A stretch of DNA of 64,000 nucleotides, taken from the NCBI GenBank assembly GCA_037140955.1, contig JBAXDL010000002.1, forward strand, positions 28,176 to 92,175. The letters run 5' to 3'. Position 1 is the first letter of the stretch; every line of letters begins with the position of its first letter. The notes below the pieces were generated by a model. That model did no database searches, was not told the origin of the DNA, and worked only from the letters and a program-made list of their open reading frames with translations. The position numbers were made by a program, and so were the translations under genes. This document shows, piece by piece, positions 38,185 through 48,610 of the stretch. This DNA is from a bacterium (GTDB lineage: Bacteria; Patescibacteriota; Minisyncoccia; Moranbacterales; GWC2-37-73).

Positions 38185-38697
38185 TTATTTCTGAGTATGG
38201 CACAGGTCATTAACAACACATAATTGATAGCAAAAATCAGGATCAATCATTGGCTCTGGTCCAGGCATTCCACCACAATGACCCAAAAGTTTTCTATTTT
38301 CATCATAAACTGTCCATGGCATATCAGTAACATTCCGCGGAGGCATCACCTTGAAATACTTTCCACATTGAAATACTCCACCATTTTCCTTTTTTTCACA
38401 CAGCTCCTCAGTGATATTTTTTTTCTCATTTGGACATGGTGCAAATTCACAATTTTCACCACTTCTACCAACATAAGTTTTTCCATCCTCACAGAGCTTG
38501 GCCTCCTGTGTGCACATGGTGACTTTTTTTTCAGCAGGCACTTGAGCCACTGGCTTTTGAATTTCCAAATTATTGTTTGTTGTATTTTGAATTTTGGATA
38601 TTGATTTGCTTTGCAACCAAAAAATTCCACCAACAACAACTGCGATGAGCAAAATAATTCCAACTGCAATTTCACTGGCAATTTTTTTGTTTGTCAT
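38185..38697 (-). CDS. Membrane-anchored Cys-rich hypothetical protein
   Basis: N-terminal TM helix, CTQEAKLCEDGKTYVGRSGENCEFAPCP module. Confidence 0.75.
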   Translation of the reverse strand: MTNKKIASEIAVGIILLIAVVVGGIFWLQSKSISKIQNTTNNNLEIQKPVAQVPAEKKVTMCTQEAKLCEDGKTYVGRSGENCEFAPCPNEKKNITEELCEKKENGGVFQCGKYFKVMPPRNVTDMPWTVYDENRKLLGHCGGMPGPEPMIDPDFCYQLCVVNDLCHTQK

Positions 38698-38769
38698 TTT
38701 ATTTTTTTATATATTTATATATAAAAATTATACCACAAAAAAATGATATTCTAAAAAAATGTGTAGAAC

Positions 38770-38797
38770 CTGGATTCCCGCCTTAGTGGGAATGACA
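38770..38797. repeat. Solo copy of the GIY-YIG-flanking palindrome
   Basis: CTGGATTCCCGCCTTAGTGGGAATGACA; arms conserved, centre different. Confidence 0.85.
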
Positions 38798-38802
38798 AAA
38801 AT

Positions 38803-38832
38803 AAAAAAACAGCCCCTTGCGAGACTGTTTTT
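38803..38832 (-). terminator. Terminator after the coiled-coil gene
   Basis: AAAAAAACAG..CTTGCGAG..CTGTTTTT. Confidence 0.6.
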
Positions 38833-38842
38833 GAAAAGTGTT

Positions 38843-39313
38843 TTATGCTTGATGCGATAATGATAAGTTTTCCAGCTTCACAACACGTTTTTCAAGTCTT
38901 TCAAATTCCTGGGCATCCACCTTGCGTTTGAGCTCAAATTTCACTTCGACCATATCATCCTGCAGCCTGTCTATCTTGGTTTCAACCAGTTCAAGTTTAT
39001 CATCAATTCCATCTAGCCTATTGTCTATGCCATCAAGCCTATTGTCGATTCCATCAAACCTACGGTCAATACCATCGAATCGCTTATCGATTGCCTCGAA
39101 TTTTTGATCAACATTTTCAAATTTAATCTCCATGCTTTCTGCAAGCGTTGAAAGATTTTCATCAAATCTCTCCATTAAGACACCCAATTGCTCGAATTTC
39201 CTATTAGTATTTTCAGATATAGCATTTAAGGACACATCAAATCTTTCAATCATCAAGCCAACCTCATTTGCAGTAAATGTTTTTTCTTCAGTTTTGTTTG
39301 ATTGTTTTTTCAT
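38843..39313 (-). CDS. Coiled-coil protein with heptad repeats
   Basis: (F/L)DGIDxR tandem heptads; LEKRVVKLE C-terminus. Confidence 0.75.
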   Translation of the reverse strand: MKKQSNKTEEKTFTANEVGLMIERFDVSLNAISENTNRKFEQLGVLMERFDENLSTLAESMEIKFENVDQKFEAIDKRFDGIDRRFDGIDNRLDGIDNRLDGIDDKLELVETKIDRLQDDMVEVKFELKRKVDAQEFERLEKRVVKLENLSLSHQA

Positions 39314-39422
39314 ATGTTTATTGTTTAGTGAAGTGAGAGAAATGAAATAGCAATTTCATTTCCGAGCGAACGACAACAACAAGATTCCTCTTATTTTATA
39401 ATTATAAATCGACTGCGTCAAA

Positions 39423-39716
39423 TCAAGATAGATAAGTTTTTGCTTCTTCAAAAGTTGAAATGAAACTTGAAACATGGTCACCAAAGATCATCATGCGATT
39501 GGTCACTTTTTCACCTTTTTTGTTCTTATATAAATCAGTTATCGACAAACAATTGTTGCCATTACTGGTGAGTTTTACATCAAAGAAATAATTTTTGCCG
39601 CCAGCGCGCAGCAATTTTGAAAAAACTCTGTTTTGAACTTTGTCCTGAATTGGCATTTGCAATTGAGCTTGATTTTTGCTCTTTGCTTGATTTTTGATTT
39701 GATTTTGTTTTTGCAT
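39423..39716 (-). CDS. PUR-family (DUF3276-like) ssDNA/RNA-binding protein
   Basis: VFSKLLRAGGKNYFFDVK..NG..LSITD..RMMIFGDH..F. Confidence 0.78.
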   Translation of the reverse strand: MQKQNQIKNQAKSKNQAQLQMPIQDKVQNRVFSKLLRAGGKNYFFDVKLTSNGNNCLSITDLYKNKKGEKVTNRMMIFGDHVSSFISTFEEAKTYLS

Positions 39717-39910
39717 ATTTTTTTCAATCCCATCAAATCAACTTGTTGGTAATTTGCTTGAGATTCTCTATTTATTATTTATTTTCTCTTTGAGCATTGG
39801 CCACTGCTCATGATGTTATTATATCACTGATATGTGACCACTGCAATAGTCTGCAATGTGGATAACTTGAGATGGGATGCCAATGTTGACATTTTTGCTT
39901 TCAATAAAAC

Positions 39911-39941
39911 AAAAAAACAGCTTCTTGCGAAGCTGTTTTTT
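39911..39941 (-). terminator. Terminator after fusA
   Basis: AAAAAAACAGCTTC-TTGC-GAAGCTGTTTTTT. Confidence 0.8.
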
Positions 39942-39972
39942 GAAAGTGTCTTATTTTTCCTAAAACTAAAGA

Positions 39973-42060
39973 TTATTTTTTTGCAATAATTTCATCAGCA
40001 ACATTCTTTGGAACTTCATTGTAATTTGCAAATTCCATTGAATAACTAGCACGTCCCTGTGTCATTGAGCGCATTTGTGTGGCATAACCAAACATGTTTG
40101 CAAGAGGAACTTCAGATTCAATCTCTTTCACGCGCGCATTTCCCTCTCCACGATCATTAATTTCCTTGATCATTCCACGACGTGAGTTGATGTCACCCAC
40201 GATGTCACCCATGAATTGTTCTGGGCAAGTTACCACCACTTTCATGATCGGCTCAAGAATGATTGGGTTGGCACGTTTTACTGCTTCTTGAACTGCCATT
40301 GAACCAGCAATTTTGAAAGCTGCTTCATTGGAGTCAACTTCATGGAAAGATCCATCATACAAAGTCACCACAACATCAACCATTGGATATCCAGCAAGTA
40401 CACCATTTTCCAAAGCTTCTTTTGCTCCCACAGAAACTGGCTTGATGTATTCTTGTGGAATAACACCACCTTTAATTTCATCAAAGAATTCAAAGCCTTT
40501 GCCTTTTTCTTCTTGTGGGCGAACTTTGAGCCAGCAATGACCGTATTGTCCACGACCTCCGGATTGTTTGACATATTTTCCTTCAGCCTGAGCTTCTCCT
40601 TTGATTGTTTCGCGGTACGCAACTTGTGGTTGACCAATATTTGCTTCAACACCAAATTCTCTTTTCATACGATCAACAATAATATCAAGATGAAGTTCAC
40701 CCATTCCAGAGATAATTGTCTGTCCTGATTCTTCATCAGTTCGTAGACGCAGTGTTGGATCCTCACCAGCAAGCTTGCGAAGAGCAACTCCCATTTTTTC
40801 TTGATCAGCTTTGGTCTTTGGCTCAACAGCGATGTCGATAACCGGCTCTGGAAAAACAATATTTTCCAATTGAATTTGATTTGCTTCATCACAAAGAGTG
40901 TCACCAGTGGTTGTGTTTTTTAGTCCAACCAAGGCTCCGATTCCACCAGCGCGAATTTCATCAATTTCTTCACGATGATTTGCATGCATTTGCAGAATTC
41001 GTCCAATTCGTTCTCGCTCACCATTTGTTGAATTGATCACATATGAACCAGCTTTCAATGTTCCAGAATAAACACGGAAAAATGTTAGCTGTCCAACAAA
41101 AGGATCAGTTGCAACTTTGAAAGCCAAAGCAGAAAATGGTTCGTTGTCATCAGCGTGTCTTTCGATTTCCAATTCAGTCTTTGGGTCAGTTCCTTTGATT
41201 GAAGTCACATCCAATGGAGATGGAAGATAGTCAACTACTGCATCCAAAACCAATTGCACACCTTTGTTGCGAAGAGCTGTTCCAGTGAAAACTGGCACAA
41301 TCTTTGCATCAATAACGCCTTGGCGAAGTGCTGCTTTCAATTCATCAATTGAGATTTCTTCTCCGTTTAAATATTTTTCAGTAAGTTCATCATTTGTTTC
41401 AGAAACTTTTTCAACCATCTTTTCTCTCCAAGCTTGTGCTTTTTCCAAAAGCTCAGCAGGGATTTCACCTTCAACCACAATTTCACCCATAGGACCATCA
41501 AAAGAATATGCCTTCATTTTGATCAAATCAACCACACCAGAAAATTCATTTCGCTCTCCGATTGGCATTTGAAGCGCAATTGCATTTGGAGTCAAACGAT
41601 TCCAAATTGAACCAATCACAAAATCAAAATCAGCTCCTTCTTTGTCAATCTTGTTGATGAAACAAATTCGAGGAACCTTGTATTTGTCAGCCTGACGCCA
41701 AACTGTTTCTGATTGTGGCTCAACACCTTCTTTTCCATCGAAAATTACCACAGCACCATCAAGCACACGGAGTGATCGCTCAACCTCAACAGTGAAGTCA
41801 ACGTGTCCCGGAGTGTCAATGATGTTGATTGGATGACCTTTCCAGAAACATTTTGTGGCAGCAGATGTGATGGTGATTCCACGCTCTTGCTCTTGAGCCA
41901 TCCAGTCCATTGTTGCTGACCCATCATGAACCTCACCAATTTTGTGAGTAATTCCAGTGTAAAACAAAATACGCTCAGTGGTAGTGGTTTTTCCACCATC
42001 AATGTGAGCAATAATACCAATATTTCTTAATTTTGCGATTTCGCTAGTTTGGTCAGACAT
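39973..42060 (-). CDS. fusA: Elongation factor G
   Basis: [41 protein letters not shown]. Confidence 0.99.
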   Translation of the reverse strand: MSDQTSEIAKLRNIGIIAHIDGGKTTTTERILFYTGITHKIGEVHDGSATMDWMAQEQERGITITSAATKCFWKGHPINIIDTPGHVDFTVEVERSLRVLDGAVVIFDGKEGVEPQSETVWRQADKYKVPRICFINKIDKEGADFDFVIGSIWNRLTPNAIALQMPIGERNEFSGVVDLIKMKAYSFDGPMGEIVVEGEIPAELLEKAQAWREKMVEKVSETNDELTEKYLNGEEISIDELKAALRQGVIDAKIVPVFTGTALRNKGVQLVLDAVVDYLPSPLDVTSIKGTDPKTELEIERHADDNEPFSALAFKVATDPFVGQLTFFRVYSGTLKAGSYVINSTNGERERIGRILQMHANHREEIDEIRAGGIGALVGLKNTTTGDTLCDEANQIQLENIVFPEPVIDIAVEPKTKADQEKMGVALRKLAGEDPTLRLRTDEESGQTIISGMGELHLDIIVDRMKREFGVEANIGQPQVAYRETIKGEAQAEGKYVKQSGGRGQYGHCWLKVRPQEEKGKGFEFFDEIKGGVIPQEYIKPVSVGAKEALENGVLAGYPMVDVVVTLYDGSFHEVDSNEAAFKIAGSMAVQEAVKRANPIILEPIMKVVVTCPEQFMGDIVGDINSRRGMIKEINDRGEGNARVKEIESEVPLANMFGYATQMRSMTQGRASYSMEFANYNEVPKNVADEIIAKK

Positions 42061-42068
42061 AGTTCATT

Positions 42069-42178
42069 AAATTTCTAATTTCTAATTTACAATTTCTAAT
42101 CAAATCCCAATTCATTAATTGATACATTAAAGAATTCAAAATTCATTCAAAATTCAAAATTCAAAATTCAAAATTTTT
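42069..42178. repeat. Heptamer-arm hairpin between rpsG and fusA
   Basis: (AATTTCT)n ... (CAAAATT)n. Confidence 0.7.
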
Positions 42179-42248
42179 ATTATTAATTTTTGTTGATTAT
42201 ATAAACAAAGATAGAAACTCCCCATGAAAGAAGTTTCTATCATAAATA

Positions 42249-42716
42249 CTAAGCGAAGTGGGCAAATGCCTTGTTTGCTTCAGCCATTCGGTGAGTGTCA
42301 TCGCGCTTCTTCATTGCTGATCCAACCTTGTTTGATCCATCAATAAGCTCATCCGCAAGTTTCTCAGCCATTCTCTTGCCCTTTTTTGCTCGGCATGCTG
42401 TCAAAATCCAACGAACTGCAAGTGTTTGACGTCGTTCACCAGAAACTTGAATTGGAACTTGGTAGTTTGCACCACCAACTCTTTTTGATTTAAGTTCAAG
42501 CAGTGGAGAAATATTCTTGATTGCTTGTTCGAAAACATTCAATCCACCTTTTTTGGTTCGCTCATGAATAACATCAAAGCAATCATAGATAACTCTTTCT
42601 GCAACACTTCTTTTTCCGTCTTGCATAACGTTACCAATAAAGCGTCCAACCAAGATATTTCCATATCGTGAGTCAGGTTTCCATTGTTTTACAAATGTTC
42701 TTTTTCTTCGTGCCAT
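42249..42716 (-). CDS. rpsG: 30S ribosomal protein S7
   Basis: RVGGANYQVP, HRMAEANKAFAHF. Confidence 0.98.
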   Translation of the reverse strand: MARRKRTFVKQWKPDSRYGNILVGRFIGNVMQDGKRSVAERVIYDCFDVIHERTKKGGLNVFEQAIKNISPLLELKSKRVGGANYQVPIQVSGERRQTLAVRWILTACRAKKGKRMAEKLADELIDGSNKVGSAMKKRDDTHRMAEANKAFAHFA

Positions 42717-42726
42717 AAATTCAATT

Positions 42727-42845
42727 AATTTCTAATTTTGTAATTTTGTAATTTTTAAATAATTTTTTAATTTCTTAATGCTTTAAGCATTGAAGAATTT
42801 GAATTTATTTAAAAATTAAAAATTGTAAAAATTAAAAATTGTAAG
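42727..42845. repeat. 7/8-mer-arm hairpin between rpsL and rpsG
   Basis: AATTTCT AATTTTGT AATTTTGT ... AAAAATT AAAAATTGT AAAAATT AAAAATTG. Confidence 0.65.
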
Positions 42846-42868
42846 TCCTAATCTTTAATTATATATAA

Positions 42869-43291
42869 TTATTCAGTCTTTGCTTTTGGACGTTTTGCGC
42901 CATATTTTGAGCGTGAACGATTTCTCTTTTCCACACCAGCACTATCCAAAACTCCACGCACGATGTGATATCGAACACCTGGAAGATCCTTCACTCTTCC
43001 TCCACGGATCATCACGATTGAATGTTCTTGCAAATTGTGACCAATTCCAGGAATGTAAGCTGTAACTTCCATACCATTGGTAAGTCGAACTCTAGCAATC
43101 TTTCGAAGAGCTGAGTTAGGTTTCTTTGGTGTGGTTGTACTAACTTTAATACAAACACCACGCTTAAATGGGTTTACAGTTTTCTTGGGCTTGTTTTGCA
43201 AAGTATTAAAAGTCATCGTCATTGCTGGCGATTTTGTTTTCTTTACTGCAGATTTTCGGCTTTTTTTCACTAACTGATTGATTGTTGGCAT
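42869..43291 (-). CDS. rpsL: 30S ribosomal protein S12
   Basis: [30 protein letters not shown]. Confidence 0.99.
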   Translation of the reverse strand: MPTINQLVKKSRKSAVKKTKSPAMTMTFNTLQNKPKKTVNPFKRGVCIKVSTTTPKKPNSALRKIARVRLTNGMEVTAYIPGIGHNLQEHSIVMIRGGRVKDLPGVRYHIVRGVLDSAGVEKRNRSRSKYGAKRPKAKTE

Positions 43292-43305
43292 AACGCGCTT
43301 CGCTT

Positions 43306-43385
43306 TAATTTCTAATTTCTAATTTCTAATTTCTAATCAAATCTTAATGACCAAATTTCAAAAAATAAAATTGAAAAATTATAAG
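43306..43385. repeat. Heptamer array upstream of rpsL
   Basis: (AATTTCT)x4 AATCAAATC, same opening as 42069. Confidence 0.65.
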
Positions 43386-43623
43386 TTCAATTTTTAATTA
43401 CTTGTAAATACACAAAAATTCTCCTAAAAAACCCTTATTGCAAAAGCAATAAGCAAAAATATGATGCTATTTTGAAATCCCAACCAGAACGAAGTGAGCC
43501 TCAAATAACATCTTTTTATACAAAAAACAGCTAGTAAACTAGCAAAACTATTCTACACAATTATCAAATTTATGTCAACCATGAGCAGCTTTTTAGGCAT
43601 CAAAATTCGAAAAATCCAAAAAA

Positions 43624-44316
43624 TTAGACTGCGAGCTTAAAAAAGATGTTTAGCATGGTGTTTATAAAAATTCCAAGTGGTCCGGAAAAAATGAAAATAA
43701 ACAACAATAAAAGCATAAATCCATATTGCTCAAACATCATCATAACCTCATTTCGCATAGGAAAAATTGCAAACAAGAGTTTTGAACCATCCAATGGTGG
43801 AAATGGTATCAAATTAAAAAACGCCAAAATAACGTTCCAAAAGACCACTATCATGGAAAGTTCAAAGAAAATAGAGCCAACTGAGCCTGATATTAGCGTG
43901 GAAACATTACTCCATTTGTCAAAACTACGAATTATCTCGATCTTAACAGCAGCTGGAATTGCAATTGAATGCGCAATCATCGCAAAAACAAAGGCAATGA
44001 TAATGTTTGAGAGTGGTCCTCCAAGTGCCACCAAGGATGGTCCCCACTTTTGATCCTTGAGATTATAGGGATTGTATGGCACTGGCTTGGCCCAACCAAA
44101 AGCAAGACCAGTGCTAATAAACATGAGCAATGGCACAATAACAGATCCCCATGGATCAATGTGCTTTATTGGGTTAAAATTAAGCCTGTCAGCATATTTT
44201 GCCGTTGAATCACCAAGCCAAAGAGCCACAAAGCCGTGAGCAACTTCATGAATGATGATCGTATAAACCAAGATCAAAATGTAAAATCCAATAAGAACAA
44301 TTGAATTTAAATCCAT
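43624..44316 (-). CDS. Site-2 protease (M50) family
   Basis: HEVAH, FGWAKPVP, FNLIPFPPLDG. Confidence 0.93.
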   Translation of the reverse strand: MDLNSIVLIGFYILILVYTIIIHEVAHGFVALWLGDSTAKYADRLNFNPIKHIDPWGSVIVPLLMFISTGLAFGWAKPVPYNPYNLKDQKWGPSLVALGGPLSNIIIAFVFAMIAHSIAIPAAVKIEIIRSFDKWSNVSTLISGSVGSIFFELSMIVVFWNVILAFFNLIPFPPLDGSKLLFAIFPMRNEVMMMFEQYGFMLLLLFIFIFSGPLGIFINTMLNIFFKLAV

Positions 44317-44421
44317 AAATTTAATTTAAGATGTTTTTAGATGTTTGGCTCTTGTCAAAACTCAATATATATGATACACTGAGTTCTGTAATAAATCAAC
44401 CGCTTATAACGACTAATAACT

Positions 44422-44595
44422 ATGAGTAAAACATGCAGCGTGTGTGGCCGCGGAACAATTGCTGGAAATTCCCGAAGTCATTCAAATATCGCATCTAAAA
44501 GGAAATTCTCTATCAATATTCAAACAAAAAAGATTGATGGAAAGAAAGCTAAGGTTTGCACCAAGTGCATCAAAACTGAAAACAAAGAAGCTTAG
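44422..44595 (+). CDS. rpmB: 50S ribosomal protein L28 (not in the ORF track, 57 aa)
   Basis: Hand translation MSKTCSVCGRGTIAGNSRSHSNIASKRKFSINIQ...KVCTKCIK. Confidence 0.95.
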   Translation: MSKTCSVCGRGTIAGNSRSHSNIASKRKFSINIQTKKIDGKKAKVCTKCIKTENKEA

Positions 44596-44610
44596 TTTTC
44601 TACTTCATAT

Positions 44611-44643
44611 AAAAATCCCCTTTCGCAAGATTGGGGATTTTTT
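44611..44643 (+). terminator. Bidirectional terminator after rpmB
   Basis: AAAAATCCCC..GGGGATTTTTT. Confidence 0.7.
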
Positions 44644-44699
44644 AATTGGCCTTCAAAATTTCTAATTTTGTCCGGACAATATATACCCGGAGGGTGTGT

Positions 44700-45026
44700 T
44701 TATTTCTTTTTTTCTATTTCTTTTCCAGATTCAACATCTTTCTTTTTTTTCTCAACTTTTAATATTCTCGACAAATAAAGTGAAACTGACACAACAACGA
44801 TGGTTAAAATAAAGGCGTATAAAAATTTGGCTCGCAAGCCATTTCCAGAGTCAGCAAAGAATCTGTCAATGAACGCCTTAATAGCATCATTCCAAGCCAA
44901 ACCTGCCACAAGTCCAAAACTTGTGATGATGTACCCTAGTGTTTTTTCACGAACTTCCTTTTCAAGTTCAGCGCCTCGGCTTTTAATTGTGACTATTTTT
45001 TCGGTGATTTTTGCCATTTTACTCAT
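44700..45026 (-). CDS. Small membrane protein (DUF5654-like)
   Basis: SFGLVAGLAWNDAIK, FLYAFILT. Confidence 0.72.
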   Translation of the reverse strand: MSKMAKITEKIVTIKSRGAELEKEVREKTLGYIITSFGLVAGLAWNDAIKAFIDRFFADSGNGLRAKFLYAFILTIVVVSVSLYLSRILKVEKKKKDVESGKEIEKKK

Positions 45027-45063
45027 GGTTAATGATTACGAAAAATTTAAAAACTTCTTTCAA

Positions 45064-45726
45064 TCAGAAAAGTCTTGCGGCTGGTTTTTCAAAAACCATT
45101 TTGCGATATACTGCGCGAGTCGTTTCCACATCGCGTTTGCAATATTCCAAAATGTCATTCACTTTTCCATCTGCAAAAAATTGCGCTACTTGCGAACCAT
45201 CAATGCCATCCTTTGGTGAAGGAATGTCCAAGGCTAATGCAAGATATTCTAAACCAACACTTGAATTTGACCATTTTACCCATTCTTTCATGGTGTCAAA
45301 AATTGGATAGTTTCGATAACGCACAAAATTCAAATCAGCAGTTGGCTTAACATTCAAAATTATTGAACGTTGATAAATGAAACGCAAATCAAAGTCCATC
45401 ACATTGTGACCGACAAACAAAATTCCATAGTCAGTGCCTTGATATCCTTGTTTGGGAGAACTCAATGCATCAACCAAGTGCCAAAATTGTTGCAAGGTTT
45501 CTTTTTCATTATTTTCATTGTAAAAATTTTGTGGCGCATCATCATCAACGGCATACCCAATACATAAAATTCTACCAAAAGCTCCATCAAAATTTGTTTT
45601 GGTCACAAACTCATCAAATTTTTCCTGATCAAACTCGGGATTTTTTTTGTCAAAGAGTGTTCGCAGTGTCTCCATTTTCGATTCATCCGCCGGCAACGTT
45701 TCAATGTCTAAAAATAATTTACGCAT
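45064..45726 (-). CDS. RNase H-like / PolB-type 3'-5' exonuclease
   Basis: LDIET, GHN..FDL, YCKRDV (DEDD-type); start trimmed to MRKLF. Confidence 0.85.
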   Translation of the reverse strand: MRKLFLDIETLPADESKMETLRTLFDKKNPEFDQEKFDEFVTKTNFDGAFGRILCIGYAVDDDAPQNFYNENNEKETLQQFWHLVDALSSPKQGYQGTDYGILFVGHNVMDFDLRFIYQRSIILNVKPTADLNFVRYRNYPIFDTMKEWVKWSNSSVGLEYLALALDIPSPKDGIDGSQVAQFFADGKVNDILEYCKRDVETTRAVYRKMVFEKPAARLF

Positions 45727-45802
45727 AGATTTTGTATTGATTGAAAATTTTATTGTTGATTTTTTTATTATAACACGAAAAAGCAAGTTTAAATGAAAAA
45801 AA

Positions 45803-46513
45803 TTAGAGCAGCTTCAATTGTGAGACTATTTTTTCATAATCAGGAAAAGTCTGTGCCACTAGACTCCAAAACCTTTTGCTATGATTAAATTCTTTCAAAT
45901 GGCAAAGCTCATGCACGATAATATAGTCAGCATGACGTTGTGGCAAAAGTAATATCTTGTAGTTGAAATTCAAATTACCTTTCGATGAACATGATCCCCA
46001 GCGAGTTTTTTGATTTCGAATTGCCACGCTTCCATATTTAAAACCATAAAATTCGGCATATTTCTCCAGTCTTCTGGTCACCATTTCTCTAGCATGTTCC
46101 TTGAGCTTGGTGTATTCAACTTGGTCGTGCCTAGCAAAAAGACTATTTTTGCCAATTTTTTTCATGGCTTTCATTTTTTCCAGCACCCAAGCGGCATTTT
46201 TTCGAATAAACTCATCAGCGCTAACAAAACCCATGCGCCATGGCAAAGTCACGGTGCAATTTCCATCACAAGAAATGACCAATTTAAGCCTTTTTGCGGT
46301 CCGGTGCTTTCGTACAGTATATTCAATTTTTTCGCTAAAAAGCGTCATTTTTTTCTGAACAGTCATCTTGTTTTTCGTTTGGACATTATTAACTTTTTCA
46401 TCCCTATCAAGCCATTGCTGCAATGAAATGCCATCATTTAGGGAAAAACTATTTCCACCAAGAGATGACATTGACAAACAAACATTAAAATGTTTTAATA
46501 TGTTTTTTCTCAT
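45803..46513 (-). CDS. YgjP/DUF45 SprT-like metalloprotein
   Basis: QKTRWGSCS, YIIVHELCHL, NHSKRFW. Confidence 0.9.
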   Translation of the reverse strand: MRKNILKHFNVCLSMSSLGGNSFSLNDGISLQQWLDRDEKVNNVQTKNKMTVQKKMTLFSEKIEYTVRKHRTAKRLKLVISCDGNCTVTLPWRMGFVSADEFIRKNAAWVLEKMKAMKKIGKNSLFARHDQVEYTKLKEHAREMVTRRLEKYAEFYGFKYGSVAIRNQKTRWGSCSSKGNLNFNYKILLLPQRHADYIIVHELCHLKEFNHSKRFWSLVAQTFPDYEKIVSQLKLL

Positions 46514-47724
46514 TATTGCTTGATCAATACGTTATACCTTGCGGTTGATTTATTGTAAAGGGAAACACTATTATTGTATTTTTTTACATCTTTCTTGTAA
46601 TTTTCAAGAAAATCATTAAAATGACCAACCATTTTGTTGTATTTTTCAACATCAGCACTACTGTTTGAATTTTCTAGGGTTTTTTTCATGTCTGACAATT
46701 TTTTTTCTTCATTTGAAATTGATTTTTTTTGAGCTTGCAAATCAATCAATGAATTGGCAATATTTTTTTTGAGAATATCAATTTCTTTGCTGATTTTTTT
46801 CGTTTCAATAATCCCGGCATATTCCTTGCCAGTTGTTTTTTGATATATAGTTACCTGTCCAAGTTGTTGCAGTTTCAGCTGTTGCCCTTGACTTGCATCA
46901 AATATTGCCAAATCACCTGCGTCAACTGTTTTATTACTGTTAGAATCAAAGGATGGAATAATTCCAATCTTGTTGCCAACACTTGTTGTTTCACTATAAC
47001 AGTAACCAGAGCCATAGGTTGAATATTCTTTTAGACATTGCACGCCGATCGCCATATGATTGTCCTGCTCATAAGCAAAAATTGCAGTGCCATAACCAAG
47101 CTCCCTTAAAATTGCAATTGCAAGCAAACTCTTGTCAGAGCAAACACCAGACTGTTGATACAAAAGCTCATAGGGATATAGCACAGTTTCACTTCCAATT
47201 GAGGCTAAAATGTTTTTTGCTTTCGCGTCGTCATATTTGATTGCCTGAACAAAAGCCAACACCAAATCAACAATTTGGTCGTCGCTAAGTTTGTGAGCTT
47301 TTCCAAGCGCTTGAATTTCCAGGGCAAGTTTTGCAATGGAATCATCATTTGCATTTGCCTTCAAGAACATGGCGTAATAATCATCTTGCCAATTTGCTTT
47401 GATTTCACCTTCATAAAAATATGCCTTTGGCTGCAGATTGTAATACTTATATACCGATTCAAAAAGTTTTTCCTTTAAGGAATATTTCACTCCCCTATAT
47501 TCCCAATTGAAATCGCGAGAAACCTGATTCTCCATGACAGGAAAAACAGCTTCTTGCGGCTTTACAGTCAAAGACGCTTCTGACCCCGTTGCTAATTGTT
47601 CAATTGCAGTCACCATTTGGCCTATATTTTCAAAATTCTTTTTTTGGTACACATACAAAAGAAGACCGCCAATCAAAGCCAGCTCAATCAAAACTATTCC
47701 TATTTTCCGTAGCAAATTAACCAT
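46513..47724 (-). CDS. Membrane-anchored transglutaminase-like protein with coiled-coil tail
   Basis: FVQAIKYD, YPYE, GVCSDKS, NHMAIG, YSETT. Confidence 0.7.
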   Translation of the reverse strand: MVNLLRKIGIVLIELALIGGLLLYVYQKKNFENIGQMVTAIEQLATGSEASLTVKPQEAVFPVMENQVSRDFNWEYRGVKYSLKEKLFESVYKYYNLQPKAYFYEGEIKANWQDDYYAMFLKANANDDSIAKLALEIQALGKAHKLSDDQIVDLVLAFVQAIKYDDAKAKNILASIGSETVLYPYELLYQQSGVCSDKSLLAIAILRELGYGTAIFAYEQDNHMAIGVQCLKEYSTYGSGYCYSETTSVGNKIGIIPSFDSNSNKTVDAGDLAIFDASQGQQLKLQQLGQVTIYQKTTGKEYAGIIETKKISKEIDILKKNIANSLIDLQAQKKSISNEEKKLSDMKKTLENSNSSADVEKYNKMVGHFNDFLENYKKDVKKYNNSVSLYNKSTARYNVLIKQ

Positions 47725-47936
47725 TAGTATGCTATTTTTTATTTGATATTGTGTAATACGCCAAATTCACGTTGTTTCATTTTGATATTGCCAAAATTTA
47801 CAATTAGCATGGGAATTCGTGTGAGATTATTTTTATCGAAACATTGAATTCTAATTACAAGCATAGCAATATTTTGAAAAAGAAAAAAGGGATATTCTAT
47901 AATAAGAATATCCCTTTTATTTACTGCTGGAGAAAA

Positions 47937-48206
47937 CTAGGCAACTTCTGCCTCTGATATGAATAATTCATTTAACAATCTCTTTGACGGATTTGCGTTA
48001 AGCAGCATGCGCTTTAATGCTCCATCAATTTTGACGTTATGGACATAGTACAAATGAAGAATTCGCTCCTCTATTTGACTTTTTCCACTGTAATGATTTT
48101 CCGGAATATTAGCTAACTTCCGGATCGTATTATGCATATTTACTGAGTGCTTTGAACTCTGGCGAACTTCAACCTCTCTCTTCAAACTTCTTAAGCATCC
48201 TTGCAT
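47937..48206 (-). CDS. Hypothetical protein
   Basis: AAAAGGGGG SD-like site upstream, terminator hairpin downstream. Confidence 0.5.
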   Translation of the reverse strand: MQGCLRSLKREVEVRQSSKHSVNMHNTIRKLANIPENHYSGKSQIEERILHLYYVHNVKIDGALKRMLLNANPSKRLLNELFISEAEVA

Positions 48207-48224
48207 GACTTGCCCCCTTTTAAT

Positions 48225-48479
48225 TTAACCTCTGAAGTTAACAGCATCCTGAACACAAAGCCCAAGACTTTTCCTCAAAAAAATTGCATCCACCATTAGC
48301 TTATGGATCGTTTCCATAGTGTTGCCATTGCCGTATTGGAAAACAGCAATTTCTTTTTCAACAAATTCAAGCTGCTTTCTTGCATTCTCCCTTTGAAAAT
48401 TTCTTTCTTTTTCAATGGTCATTTTGATTTTTAGCTCCTCTTTTTTTCTTCTTAGTCGCATGTTTTTCTCCTTTTTCAT
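48225..48479 (-). CDS. Hypothetical protein
   Basis: ORF behind a TTGACA/TATAAT-like promoter. Confidence 0.45.
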   Translation of the reverse strand: MKKEKNMRLRRKKEELKIKMTIEKERNFQRENARKQLEFVEKEIAVFQYGNGNTMETIHKLMVDAIFLRKSLGLCVQDAVNFRG

Positions 48480-48610
48480 TTTTTAAACAACAGAATATAT
48501 TTGCCAATGGCAAATATTTGATACCAAATCATTATACATTTTTTTGACTTTTTGTCAAGACAAACAAAAAACCGGCCACATTAGCCGGTTTTTCAATATC
48601 TCAATTGATA

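Noticed and set aside
44444-44665. 73-aa plus-strand ORF
   Set aside because: Out-of-frame overlap with the real rpmB at 44422-44595.
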